Below are positions 38,925 to 52,526 of a stretch of 64,000 nt of DNA, in pieces. Where the stretch lies: assembly GCF_008831285.2 (NCBI RefSeq), contig NC_045138.2, positions 17,732,001 through 17,796,000 of the forward strand. The letters are read 5' to 3'. The translations under genes were made by a program, and so were the position numbers. Position 1 is the first letter of the stretch. Each line of letters begins with the position of its first letter. Source of the stretch: Nymphaea colorata (Eukaryota). Under the pieces are notes generated by a model that did no database searches, was not told the DNA's origin, and saw only the letters and a program-made list of their open reading frames with translations.

Positions 38925-40827
38925 GTTACGGAACACTCCTTAATTGTATAGAGTTTGAACCACCTCTTTTGTTGGCGGACCAATAAGATTCATGTCATGG
39001 AAGGGTGGATCATAGAAATCATGCAGGCTGATGTTGATTTAGCCCTCTTTGGCTTTAGTTCATTGCATTTGTATACCTAATGCACCCCTTAGGTGGCATT
39101 TAGTAAGAGGGATGCCATAATCTATGAAACGAAGGGGCTAATTGGTAAGGAGAGCAGTAAGTTTGTTATGAATATATTACAAAGATTCGCTATATTGTAG
39201 CTTTTAATACATCTTGAGGCATATTTTTAAAACAGTAACAAATTGTTCTTATTGCCAAACAACCCTGAAGTATTCTATTTTTCAAACACATACAAAAACG
39301 TTGCATCTATAGAATGCATTTTTCATGTTAAGAAACGCCCTTACGTTAGCTACTTTGAAGATTTATGCCAAGAAGCATTGGGATGAATGTGGAGTAAGAG
39401 AAGTGCTAATTCAAAAATTTCAGATTACTCAAATGCACCAAAAAAAAAAAAGATCTGGAACATTATATACAAATAAGTAAATAATCGATAAGTAAATAAA
39501 TGAGAGTAATTAAGATGTAAATAAATAATTTTTTGTTGGGTATGTTTGTGTAGACAACTGCCCACACAAGCAGGGTAGCTCCACCCCTGATTTGTCTATA
39601 TAGCTGCTTAAGAGGCTGGTGTTCACAAAGATCCAACTAAGTAACGACTTACCGCTTTACCAGCAATCCATGATATAACAAATTATGCCAAACTCCTTAA
39701 AAAAGTAAGAGAGACAAAAAAAAGTGCAATTTGGTAGAGAAATGTGATACCTTCCTCAAAATATGAGAAAGTCCTAGCTCTCATCTTATGGTCTTAGTTG
39801 ATGAGTGAGCTTAGTACTTGTTTGATCAAATATTAAAGGTTTAGTTATGCTTTGATACTTGGGTGACAAGTGAGATATCCATTAACTAGAACATTTTTCA
39901 AAGTGGTTGAAGCTTCTTCCTTTTTTTCACAAACCTATTATTTATAGTCCAAATGAATAGCACTTACGAAAATCAAACTAATACTTCGACTTTTACTGAT
40001 TCACCAGCCTACCTAACTATGTTACGTTCTTCTAAGTCATGTGATCATGTTCTTCGAAGTCATGTGATCATGGATATGAAATGCCCGATATCGTATAAAT
40101 TTAAGGACCAATAAAGTTTCATAACGACAATACTGCTAACTAGGACATTTGATGTTCGACGCAGCGGCGCCTTAGCGAAAGCTAGCATGACACTTGTGTC
40201 GATTAATAAAAGTGAACCAAACGGAAATTTGAATCAGGACAAGGCTCGAGAGGTCTTTTCAAAATAACAACTCTCACCAGTTTTGAGAAAAAGTTGAAAG
40301 CTAATGTGAGGAATTTTCTCGTCCTTGGGAGTAACTTCAATATGGCGATGTTGAACTTTTCTGTTTTCAATATGATTTCTGTTTTCAGATTTTATATAAT
40401 GTTGTTTTTTTCAATGTAATTATGAGGAATATAAACCTTTTTTTTTTCAATTTGTCCCTTTCTGTTGAGTCCTGGGAGACTTCCATTATTCGTTTATCAA
40501 TTTTTTCTTTCTGTCTGCAAATTTGAAAAGGAATTTTTTCTCTCATTATCCACTGTTTGCTTATTTCCAAACTACCGTTAGATTGCTGCATCCGTCCGTA
40601 CGAGTCTACCGTTGCATCCGCCTTCTCTCTCCCTCTCCCTCTCCGCAAAAGTGGCGGCAAATCTGACGATTCTTCTCCTCCTTTTCCAAAAGTAATCTGC
40701 TATACAATGAAGGAATTCCCATTCTTTGCTGCAGATGCAAGAAAACCCATTACCCATCTCTCTCTATAAAGGACCAACCATTCTCTCTTTATCTCTTCTC
40801 CTCCCTCTTTTTCTCTCTCTCTCAACC

Positions 40828-43800
40828 ATGGCCAATAGCACCCATCTCTCTATTCACCTTCATCTCTCCAATCCGCCTCTACGTTCCGCCTCCAAGTTTA
40901 TCATAAACCATTGTTCGTCCTTCCTCCCAAAGTCCCATCTCCGGTTTTCCCTGCTAAGAAGCAAAAGAACTCAAGAATTTGGGATCAGGGCCTTACAGGA
41001 TGCCGAAGATGCGGGTTCTTACCTTCACATGTGGAAGAAGGCCGTGGCGAGGACTGAGATGGAGACGGCAGAGCATAATCATGTAGACAACGGCGTAGAA
41101 GAATCGGGGGACGATATTGAGAAGAAGAGCGAGCAATTCAAGAAGATTTTGGAAGTTCCGGTTGAGGAAAGGGACAAGGTGCAGAGGCTCCAGGTGATCG
41201 ATCGGGCATCCGCAGCTATTGCAGCAGCAAGAGCAATACTCTCAGAGAGGCCATTGTCAGATGGTTTCTCTGGTTCGAAGGGTTCTGCTTTAAGGCGGAC
41301 GGGATCGAATTCTCGGATGGGTTCCAGTGGCGGAGAAGGTACGTTTCTTTTTTGGGGGAGATCTTTTCTTTTAATCGAGAATGGTTCTTTTGATCTCTAA
41401 TCCTGCACTGATATTTTCCTTTTTCTTTTGAATCAAGATGTCTTCTTGTTCTTTGGATAATATTTTTTGGGTCAGCATATATAGTGGATTGCTTCCAAAT
41501 TATTATACCTATCCAATTATTTCCTTGTACTTTTCATTTCGTTAGAGCTGGATTGCTCCTCCGATTAGCTGGAAATGATGCTTATAAACATTTCCTGTCG
41601 TTGTGGATTCTTAAGTTGAATATTTGGCTTGTTTAGAAGAAATATTTTGAAATTAGAATGTGCCGATTGATTGCTTCTATGGTTCCTTCCTAAATGCCAT
41701 TTCTTGGTTTCTGCGACTTCGAACTTCATTTTGATGTTCGTTGAACTGTTGTTTGTGTTGCTTAGATATGTCAGTGTCAGTTCCCCGTTTATTTAATTGC
41801 TTATTTCCTAGTTGCCTTTAATGCAAACACGAGCTGTTGCTGTTTGCCCAAAGATATCCATTACCTCCTTTGCCATGGAATGTGCAAATCCCCATTCGCA
41901 AGCTATAACCTTTGGACTTGTCGGGTTCACTGACAGGCAGGTTCACGGATTTTGTTTTTTTGGCAGGATTACTTGGTGGCAATCCATCTGGCGTTATCTC
42001 TAATGCCGTCCCTCAATCAGAAACCTCAAAAAGCAGAGCCCCTGGTCCAGATTTTTGGTCTTGGTCTCCTCCTATAGATGCTAAGCCTGTTTCTGATGAT
42101 GCACTACATCTGAAAGCTGAAAAAGTGAAGTATTCTGCTTCTGATCCTATTGCACCTGTGATGGAGAAGGAGAGGTCAATTGACTCAATATCCATTCCCT
42201 TTGAAAGTAAGGTCTTGGAGCCATTCCATAGTAAACACAATCCACCTCTTCCACCACTCCAATCTCTTGTGGAAGTCAATGTAACAGAATCAAGTTTTGA
42301 GGTACCTTCTCATTCAGAAGACAGCGTTGATGCAGTGTTTTCTACAAATTCTGCTGTAGCTGCTTCCGTTCTTGGTAGTCATGAAGAGGCATCAACCCAT
42401 GGAGAGAATGAAGACGGATCAAGGTGGTGGAGAGAGACTGGCGTGGAGCAGAGAGCTGATGGGGTGGTTTGCAGGTGGACTCTATTGAGGGGAATCAGTG
42501 CTAGTAAAGATGTGGAGTGGGAAGAGAAGTATTGGGAGGCGTCAGATCAAGATTACAAAGAGCTTGGTTCTGAGAAGTCAGGACGTGATGCTGCAGGAAA
42601 TGTTTGGCGCGAATACTGGAGGGAGTCAATGTGGCAGGTGAAATCAGAGCTCCAATTAAGTTTTGGCCTGAATTTCTTAAAATTTTTCATACGCATGGAT
42701 GCACACACACGGACAGAAAGACTTGGAAAATTCAATGCGTTAGATTAAAATAGTTGTTCCACATAACCTAAATAGAAGTTTAGTTGATATTTTCTAGGAA
42801 ATCACTAACCCTAACTAATGCTTCTCGTTATCTTTAAATAACTGAGAAGCATCATCCAACATGCTGTAATCACATTGTCCCTTACCCTGGCAATCGGAAG
42901 CTCATTTTTCCATGTGCAATGATCTCTATACAGCAAGACTTCGAAATTTTAAGGACGTCTAACTGTAGAGGAAAAAATTTGACAAATTTAATAAAAACAG
43001 TGCTCCTTTTAATGCAAGCATACAGCTTTTACGCCAACAAATATGACCTCAAAGGTCGATCCTGTTAAAGGGTTAGACTTCAAGGATAGTAATTACCTTT
43101 GCACAAAGCTTGATATATCTTGATGGTTATGCTTTGTATTTCTAATAGGCGAAAGTTCTGATTTTATGAGAAATGATGGCACTAAAAATGTTGGTAACTT
43201 GGTATTTGATTTTTCAAGGACCAAGTGAAACCTGATTAGTTCACATTCTAATGTTGGTGCGAATGAACTTTTTGCAGGATATCAAAACTGGGCTTTTGAA
43301 TATTGAGAAGACTGCAGATAAATGGGGTAAGAATGGCAAAAATGAAGAGTGGCAGGAAAAATGGTGGGAGCGCTATGATGCCTCAGGTTTTGCCGAGAAG
43401 TGGGCTCATAAGTGGTGCTGCATAGACCCATTTACACCCTTGAAGGCGGGCCATGCTCATGTCTGGCACGAAAGGTATAGTCCGTCTGAAAGGAGAGCTC
43501 CTTGAACATGTTTTCTTCTCTTACGTTCCTCCTTTGTTTTCTCTGTCACATGCTTGCAAGAATTAAATGCTGTGCCTGCTTGTGTGCTGAAGAGTAAGTC
43601 TAGCAGAACTAACATTGTTGGAGCTTTACTTGTTTGGGTGAAAGAGAAAGTAGATGCACTTCGTCTTTCTTCTCTGAGGTCATTCAGCAGCTTTGGTAAA
43701 AACTCTAGCATTCAAGGCTAAAAGTCCTTCTAGATGCTCTGCCGAAAGGTATTTGTTGATATAGTAAAATAGGGCAAGCACGGATTAGAAAAGTTTTTGC

Positions 43801-44459
43801 GATCTATTAAGCACTTGAACTCTAGAAACAAAATTCCTGAATCTCATGCTTACTTGAGTACATCCCTCTATGACACAACTAAGAACTTCTTGAAAGGTTG
43901 CTTAAATCTTGTAAGACCTGTGAATTAACATGCTGATGCCGTATTTGTCACTCTACAGTGCACCACTCTGCATTATGGTATGCTTAAATTGTCATAACAA
44001 GAAAAGACAGTTGTTTACTTTTGAGAAGTGTTAAGCTGCTTGAAAACATTCATATTTTTTGCATTCCTTTCCTTGAGCAGGTGGGGAGAGAAGTACAATG
44101 GCAGGGGCAGTAGCATGAAATACACAGACAAGTGGGCTGAACGACTAGAGGATGATGGATGGACAAAATGGGGTGACAAGTGGGATGAGTCATTTGATGA
44201 CAATGGACACGGAGTGAAGCAAGGAGAGACATGGTGGCAAGGAGCACATGGAGAACACTGGAACCGCACTTGGGGTGAAAGGCACAATGGCTCTGGTTGG
44301 ATACATAAGTATGGAAAGAGCAGCAGTGGCGAGCATTGGGACACTCATGTGCAGCAAGAGACCTGGTATGAGAAGTACCCCCATTATGGTTTTGAACACT
44401 GCTATGAGAATTCTGAGCAATTGAGGCAAGTTCAGAAGCCAAAGAGGACTGAACTCTGA
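40828..44459 (+). CDS. LESV: LIKE EARLY STARVATION, chloroplast starch-granule protein (~585 aa)
   Basis: GT-AG exons 40828-41338, 41967-42637, 43278-43474 and 44081-44459 splice in frame (1758 nt). Transit-peptide-like start, EERDKVQRLQVIDRASAAIAAARAIL, PGPDFWSWSPP and the Trp-rich C-terminal domain (EKWWE.YDASG.AEKWAHKW, WGDKWDE, WNRTWGERHNGSGW). The long N-terminal region distinguishes it from ESV1. Confidence 0.95.
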
Positions 44460-45075
44460 GCTGCAGAAAGTGTGTTGTTCTATTTGAATTTTGACCTTCG
44501 GTTCTTGCTTTCAGCATCTGGAATTCCTGTAGAGTTGTAAAATAGGCATGATATCATTACTTGGAGATCACTATATGCTAGCAGAAACAATATAATCTTG
44601 TCGTACTCTTATTGTCAAGTGTGCCTAGTTTTCCAACTTCCCAAATAATATGTTGACAAGGAATATAAAAGTTTTATGGCATGTACAACAATCTACTCAA
44701 AGATATCTTTCCTGCAATAGAAACTTTCATTTTCATTTCCTTCAAACTGCGATGTTTTGTCCTGCATGTTGACAAGATGGCAGTAGTATTGTAACTTGGA
44801 AGGACATTATGCTGGCAGCAAGTTGTTGTGCATCTTGATGTGTTACTTAGTCCTCTTCTGCTTAAGATTACAGACAGCCTTGTTCAGCGATATAGCACAA
44901 TGGCCTGGCCAAATGTTCATGTAAATAAGGAAGGTGCTTTAGATTGTATCAAATGGTCAGTTATACGACAGCAGATTTGTGTAGGCTTAGGAGGCCTTTT
45001 GGCCTTTTTGTGTGCCGATTGATTCATAAAAGATGCCGTCCGCTGCTTTTCTCATGTTTCTAATCAATGGCAGGC

Positions 45076-45369
45076 CTATTATCACACGGATACTGTACTA
45101 GTACCCGTATCACCCGTGGGTACGTCTTAGGTACAGTCAACACTGTAGCAGATACAGTCAACCCAAATATAGTCAACGTATCCGGGACCTTATCTGTCTT
45201 TTGTTTAGACTTGCTCAACATTGACTAAGTCTATTTCTGTCCAAAATTAGGTTTTTTTTTTCTTTTTTGGATTTTTATTATGTTTGACACTTTCATACTT
45301 TGTTCAATAGTTTATTCTCCATAATTTATACATTTTGATTCATGAATGTGTTGTTTTGTTTGTTTGAAT

Positions 45370-45465
<96 letters not shown>

Positions 45466-45533
45466 AATACCCAAGTTTTTCTGAAAATGTCTGTATCTGC
45501 ATCCTCACATGTACTTGCACCTATGTGACATAG
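45076..45533. mobile_element. MITE-like insertion containing a long (TA)n tract
   Basis: Ends ctattatcacacgg / cctatgtgacatag. gtacc/gtatc subterminal motifs. (TA)n at ~45372-45462. Absent from the paralogous copy near 50.58 kb. Confidence 0.6.
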
Positions 45534-46829
45534 ATTGTAATGTATGCTATTAAGTTAATATAATGTGTGCGTGTGTGTGCGCGTATGTGGGAGAGAGGGG
45601 GGTCCTCATCTTGGCATAATTATTACTAGCGCCTCCTTGATTCTTTATGTTGATAAGATGTTTCTCTTCTCTGAAGGTTCTATTGCAAGGATTAAGGTTG
45701 TACAAGAAAAACAAGGTTGTCCTTGTCAAGGTTAATGCTGTAATTTATAAGGAAATGATATCTGGGGATATAAAGATGCCACAAACAATAATGATGGCAT
45801 TGTTATCAACAAAATGGTTCATCGACTTGGCAAAAAAATCTGGAGAAATATCTAGAAATTATCGTAAACAAAGAAAGTTTAGATATCATTTGTCACATTA
45901 TCGATGCATAAGGTTGATGGTAGTCTTCTGTGGTGAAAACCCACGTTAGATATCTTAGTTTTGTTATTTTTATGTTTTAAATCTCTTTTTTTGTTATTGT
46001 ATATTTGTTTAACATTGCTTAAGAAGATTTACACTTCTATGGAAGGCCCCAGATGATGAGGCTTCTTCAACAAAGTGACGACTTGATCCAACTTCACCAA
46101 AATTTTCATAGGTAAATTTGGACTTTCTGAATACGTTATCCGATGTAAGGGAGGGTGAAATTTTTTGATGCTATATAAAATATCTAATGTTATCAAACAA
46201 GATCTTCACAACAAAAAAAAGAATGTAAGTATTGTTAAAGATAATGCTATGACCCATAAAGAAATGATATCTGTAGAGGTAACAATGCCAACAAAAATAT
46301 TAGTGGAGTTGTTATCAACAAGGATGGTTATCAACCTGACATTGCAAGAAAATAAGTTGAAATATCTTTTAGACTTCAAATAAGTATTCAAGTTTGAGGA
46401 ATAAATGAAAACAGAAAGCATTATGCAATGTATCCAATATTGTCAAACAGGATCTTCCCAACGAAAGGAAGGTTATTATTGATAAAGATAATATTGTGAC
46501 CCATAAGGGAATGATATCCATGGCACTAAAGATGTCAATAAAAATAATAGTGGCATCGTTATGAATAAGGAGGGTCATCGACCTAGAGTTGCAAAAAAAA
46601 AGAGATTAGGAGAAATACATGAAGACTAGAGAAAATAAATAATACAAATATCAAACCTCACACCCTTGATCTTTAAGGTCGATGGTGACCTTCCATGGTG
46701 AAATACCAAGACAAATCTCATATTTTTGTTATTTCTTATGTTCTTTAACATCATTCAAGGGTGTTGTATGTACGGTTTTTTAAAATATATTTTTTAAGAA
46801 AAAAATCTCTCTCTTCTCTCTCTTCTCTC

Positions 46830-47692
46830 TTTCTCTCTCTCTCTCTCTGTCTCCACCATATTGCATCCCTTTTGAGACCTACATTGGCTAAGTTTCTATG
46901 GTTTTATTCCTATTTATTGCCGAGACTGCTAGTTTTTCTTCGAATACTTGAAGAAAAAAAATTGAGGGAAGTAAAGAAACCTCTTTGTTCTTTGTTAGTA
47001 TTTTCTTTGGTAGGATGGAGAAAGGATTCTGCTTCAGCAAGGTATATTGAGATAGCACCGGCAAGCTTCCCTTCTTTTCTAAGAGGGTGTTTGTTGAAAG
47101 TTCAAAATAGTAAGGCAGAACAAAGGACTATTCATTAATACGCATGATTTTTCACCATAGAAAGCCATCGTTGGCCTTGATTACAAAGTAGAAGAGAGAC
47201 AATAAATAGAAAAACATCTCTTGATTTTAGAAGACAATAATGGAAAAGTAATCTCTACATTTGGAAAGATTTTCTTCTCGCTTTTTCGTTTTCATTTGGT
47301 TTATCTCTTCTTGAGAACCATTCCAATATTTTCATAACTGTCTTATCTTTGCCCACAACATTAGCATGCACATACAACAGTCAATTATACAACACCTTCT
47401 ATCCGAAATGAAGGAAAGCAAAAGGGTGTTTGCTGGTGTTCTTTCAATATACCTTGCTGAAGCAGAAGCCTTTCATCATTCTCCTCCCAAGAAATACAAT
47501 AATAGCAAAAAAAGGAGAGGCTTTTTTTACTTTCCATGAATTTTTTCCTCAACTACTCAAAAGAAAAGTTAATATAAGTGGAAAATGGGAAACCAACATT
47601 AGAAAACCATAGGAACCCAACCAATGTAGGTCTCAAAAGGGAAGCTGCAGTGTGATGGAATACGAGAGAGAGAGAGAGAGAGACACACACAC
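46830..47692. repeat. ~860-bp foldback (long imperfect inverted repeat) bounded by (CT)n/(GA)n
   Basis: cccttttgagacctacattgg..tttctatggtttt (~46868-46905) pairs with aaaaccatagg..ccaatgtaggtctcaaaaggg (~47603-47641). ttctgcttcagcaaggtatattga (~47027) pairs with tcaatataccttgctgaagcagaa (~47444-47467). Confidence 0.85.
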
Positions 47693-48982
47693 ACACATAG
47701 AGACCCCCAAAACCCCCAATTTTTTGAGGGTCATTGAAGGCCTTGGTGCCCAACAGAGAGACTTAGGAGAACGATAGAGAGAGCAAGTGAGCGACTTCTC
47801 CTCACCTTTTGAAGTCATTGGGCAGTAGAGATGTTCTGAGAATGTCCCATAAATCTACTCCAAAAATTATGCATATTTATGAGACACCAGTTCTAGTGTT
47901 TCATGAATTTAACTCATTTGTGACCTAGTACGTAGCTGATTAGAGTTGAGTTCGGTGATTCCGGTGTTAACTCACAGAGTTTGCTAACCATGGCATAACC
48001 TCTTTTCTTTTTTTGGAGTTTATTTTATGTAGCTTAGACTTATAAACTGTTTTCAGGCTACATTAAGAATCTCCCCCACAAACTTTCTGAAATACAAAAC
48101 CTAATATTTTGGAAATTCAAATTAATGATCTAGGTAATTATTAGAAAATAATAAAATAAAGATGAACCATCTTACTGCCATGTGACTAGATTCCACGCTT
48201 CATGGAACCTGCCATGGACCCTGTAATACTACATGCGGTAATAATGATGATGCATATATTCAATGCCTCGCATAACTTTGGTATTATAGATGCATATGCT
48301 TATGCTGAGCATTCAAAATACATGCTGCATTGCAAAGCAAATGCAAAACGCACAACAGAAATCAAGAAGCCAATAAGTAAAGCTCATGTTCATGTTCTGA
48401 CCAAAACAATCTAAATAAATCAATCAATCAACAAAATTACATAATATAAAGCAACTAAGAAATTGATCCATGACAAAAATAAACAATATAACATAATAAA
48501 TCAGCTCACGAAAATAAAGACAAAACGCTTAACGATACTTGTATTGTTGATAACTCCAAAATTAATAACATAAAATAAACCAGTGCAATTAACCTATTCT
48601 GGTCTATATTCTATTCAAGCAGCATAAAAGCCATGCACTCAATAAAGTTAAGCAGATCTGGAAACAAAAATTCGACCAACAAGAAAAGAGATATATAGAT
48701 GGTGCAACTCCTTAGAGAAAATGGAGGTATGCAATGATTGGGTTATTACACATACAATCATACTCAATGACTCTTAACCTACACTGTAAATACGACTCCT
48801 AAGCTAACTCTAAGACATGTAAACACTTACAATAAAAGACGTAGGGAGTGGGCTCCCCTTACTGAGCAAGCAAAAGAATATATCTACAGCAAAGAATCCA
48901 CAGGATTAAAAAAAAAAAAAGGTCAGAAAGAGCAAAACAGCCATGCACGGCTGTTCACAACCCTAAAAGCACCATTGACAGC

Positions 48983-49594
48983 CACTAAAAAAAGTACCTC
49001 TGATCCAACATTGAGAAGACAGAAACAGAAGAAACAGTTAGCCACTTCATAGGCCGTATCTTGGTCTCTGCATGCATTAATTTTCGACCCACTGCAACTC
49101 CTACCATGTAGGTAAATGATTAAGGCGGCGTAAAAGAGCTTTTATCTTTTGAAACTATGCTGAAAAACAGGTAAAAACATCCGTAAACGTGTCACTAATA
49201 AAAACTTTTACTGACATATGTGGGTATCGGTAAAACTTTTACCAATAATTACCAAGCGTTGGTAAAACTTTTAGTGACAGGTTTGGACGTGGGTAATATA
49301 TTTATCGATGCAATTTCATGTGTTAATGATGATTTATTAATTTTTTTATTGACCCATATCCATGTACATTGCATTTATATCAAGTAGAAATAGCTGTAGT
49401 AAAACTTAAAAAAAACATGAAACCAAAAACCTAAAATGGTTACCTCCAGTATAAAACAATAAAAAGATAGAAAAGACATGAATCAAATTTAATCTTCACC
49501 GACATTTAAAGCCGAACGTATGTAAAAGTAGCCTTTGACCAACATCCAGTTTTCCTACGCATCATCGGTGGATTCGTTTTTTTTTTTTTAGTGC
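48983..49594. mobile_element. Degenerate CACTA-like non-autonomous element
   Basis: CACTAAAAAAA at 48983 and TTTTTTTTAGTG ending 49594. Internal ggtaaaacttttac-type subterminal repeats. No matching 3-bp TSD. Confidence 0.4.
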
Positions 49595-50250
49595 TAACAA
49601 TCCACAATTATGAGCAGAATTCACAAAAACACACACCATCTTGCTTCTCTTCCTCTGCAGACTAACAATACAAATGACGTAATCCGGCCCCTCACTTCCT
49701 ACATTGCTGCTGTAAACCAAACCTGTAGCAGTTCAAATATCAACTTCCTCCTTATCTCTACCTTTCCATTCTATGCCAGTATATGCATCCCTACAATTTC
49801 TCCAAACATCAATTCTAATCAGATTATGCAACGAAGATCTATTTCCTTCATGAGGAATGTTATTTCTCCACCACCACATTCGCCAGAGTTAGTACAATAT
49901 GAAAGCAACTGACCAACATTTGTCGATCCATCTAACTGAAAGTTTGACACAGCAATAAAACCTGGAATTCTGCACTAACACTTAGAAGTTCACATGAATT
50001 TACGAACCATCCACCATCTTTTCATGACCAAATTTAGGCACCATTAATGTAACTTCGTTCCAAGAATTTGAAGCTAAAACCTCTGCCCCGTGCATTCACT
50101 TTCTCCCTCGACATGACGAATTAATATGTGTGACCAACCGACAGAAGTTGCAAAAGGCCACCTTCGATTTATAATACACTTCAACCACAACCCATTCTTC
50201 CTAGATCCTGACACAATCCAGCCTTTCTTGTCCAGGTCCGTGTGCACAGA

Positions 50251-51868
50251 ATGGCAAGTATAACAATCTACTCAAAGATATCTCTGTTGCAGTAGAACTT
50301 GTTATTTTCATTTCTTTCAAACTGGCGATGCATGGTCCTGCATGTTGACAATGCAGTAGTCAATATTGTAACTTGGAAAGGCATAGCAGCAAGTTGTGCA
50401 TCTTGATGTAGTAGTTAGTCCTATTTTAGCTGCATAAGATTACAAACATTCATGTTCTGTAGTGTGGCACAATGGCATGGCCAAATGTAAAAGTAAATAT
50501 GAAAGGTTGCTTTAGATTGTATCAAATGGTTCACAAAAGAAGTGGCTGGTTTTTTTTCTCACGCGTCGAATTGATGACAGGCATATATTTCCCTTCAGAT
50601 GGTGATGTAACCTATTGAGTTGATATAATATGTGTGTGTATGTTAGAGATGGGGTGGGGGTCCTCGTCTTGGCAGAATTATTACTAGAGTCCTCTATTGC
50701 AAGGATTAATGTTATACAGCAAAGGAAGACTACTATAATTGTTAAAAATAATGTTGTAATTTATAAGGAAATTATACTTGGGGAGGTAAATATGTCACCA
50801 AAATAACGATGGCATTACATCAATAAGGAGGGTCATCAACTTGGCAAAAAATCATGAGAAATATCTAGAAATTGTTGTAAACAAAGAAAACATCGATATC
50901 ATTTCGGGACAAAAAATCATGAGAAATACCTAGAAATTATTGTAAACAAAGAAAAAATCGACATCATTTCTCATACTATCGATGCTTACAGAAGATGGTT
51001 GTCTTCTATTGTGAAAAGCCACATTAATCTCTTAATTTTGTTCTTTTTATGTTTTAAGTCTCTTATTTTTGTTATTTTATATATTTTTTAATATTGTATC
51101 AAAGCAAGATCCCCACATGGGGCACACAAGACGGAACTGATGCTCAAGATACGAAGGGTTCTATGAGGACAGAGAATGCAACACTTGTTGAAGAAAACTT
51201 ACGGTTCTATGGAAGCCTTCATATGATCAGGCTTCCTCAACAAAGTGGCAGCTTGATCTACCTTCACAAAATTTCCAAGGTAAATTAGGACTTTTTGAAT
51301 ACGTCATTCAAAGTGAGGGAGGCCTTAAATGAAAGGTGCTATGTAAAATATCTAATGTTATCAAACAAGATCTTCACAACAAAAAGAAGGTTATTATTGT
51401 TAAAGATAATGCTATGACCCGTAATGAAATTATAGCTATAGAGGTAGGTAAAAAATGCTAATAAAAATATTAATGGCATTATTATCAACAAGGAGGGTCA
51501 TCAACCTTACATTGCGAAGAAAAAAAAAAGTTGAAATATCTTTGAGACTTAATTTCTAGATAAGTATAGTTTGAAGAAGGACGAAAACAGAAAGCATTAT
51601 GTGAAGTATCTAACATTATCAAACAGGACCTTCCCAACAAAAGGAAGGTTATTATTGAAAAAATAATACTGTGACCCATAAAGGAATGATATCCACTTGG
51701 TGAAAATGTCAATAAAAAATAATAATGGCATTGGCAAAAACAAAATGGGTCGTGGACATGGAGTTGCAAAAAAAGATCAAGAGAAATATCTGAAGATTAT
51801 AGAAAACAGAGACTATAAAGATCAAATCTCACTACTACCTTCCATGGTGAAAACCCATGTCAAATCTT
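50251..51868 (+). repeat. Diverged direct duplicate of the LESV 3' flank (44676-46720)
   Basis: Colinear matches from atggca(a/t)gta(t/c)aacaatctactcaaagatatc to catggtgaaa..cca.g.caaatct. Confidence 0.9.
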
Positions 51869-52526
51869 GAGAGAGAGAGAGATGTTTGATGGTGATTGCA
51901 GGATGGCAATGGCAACAGGAGAAGGGCGACACCCATTGCTAGCATATGGCCGGTCGGCTTCCATGACGGCCTCAACAAAGCATCGGAGATGCACTCTCAG
52001 GACTCCAATGGGCAGGAAAGAGGGTTGCTTCTAGAGGTAAGTAGGAAGAACCAGTTTTCGTGGTATAAAAACATCGGAGATGCACTCTCGGGACTCCAAT
52101 TTTTCGTATCAAAAACATTGTGCAACACCATAGATTGAATCGCAAGTGAATTGTTCGGCCAAGCTGAATCGGCGATCAGGCAAGTTAAACAATTCACCGA
52201 GAATTGTTCATTTAGGAATTGTTGCCATAAGAGTCGAGTCCTGGTTTGTGACCTAGAACTTAGCTGATCCAAGTTGACTTGGGCTACTCTCGCCGAGTTT
52301 GCCATCTACGGAATAACTTGTATGGGAACATTCTCACTTGCTTTCCAGTTTTTTTATAATTTGGTTTTTTTAGTCGAGTCATTTCTTGCATGCAGCCCTT
52401 CATCTTTCTAAAAGGGCTAAAACACACCTTTGGTTGTCACCTTTAGACTCTGTTATTTTTTGTTGTCACCTAGATATTAAATCATCAACGAGAATCCACC
52501 GTGTCAAAAATTGGGAAACAAAAAGC

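Noticed and set aside
40726..40827. N-terminal extension of LESV in the ORF track
   Set aside because: Starts at TTG and crosses a TATA-like ctataaa and a CT-rich leader. ATG 40828 (accATGG) gives a typical transit peptide and length.
45326..45533. YIYIYI ORFs
   Set aside because: Translation of a (TA)n microsatellite.
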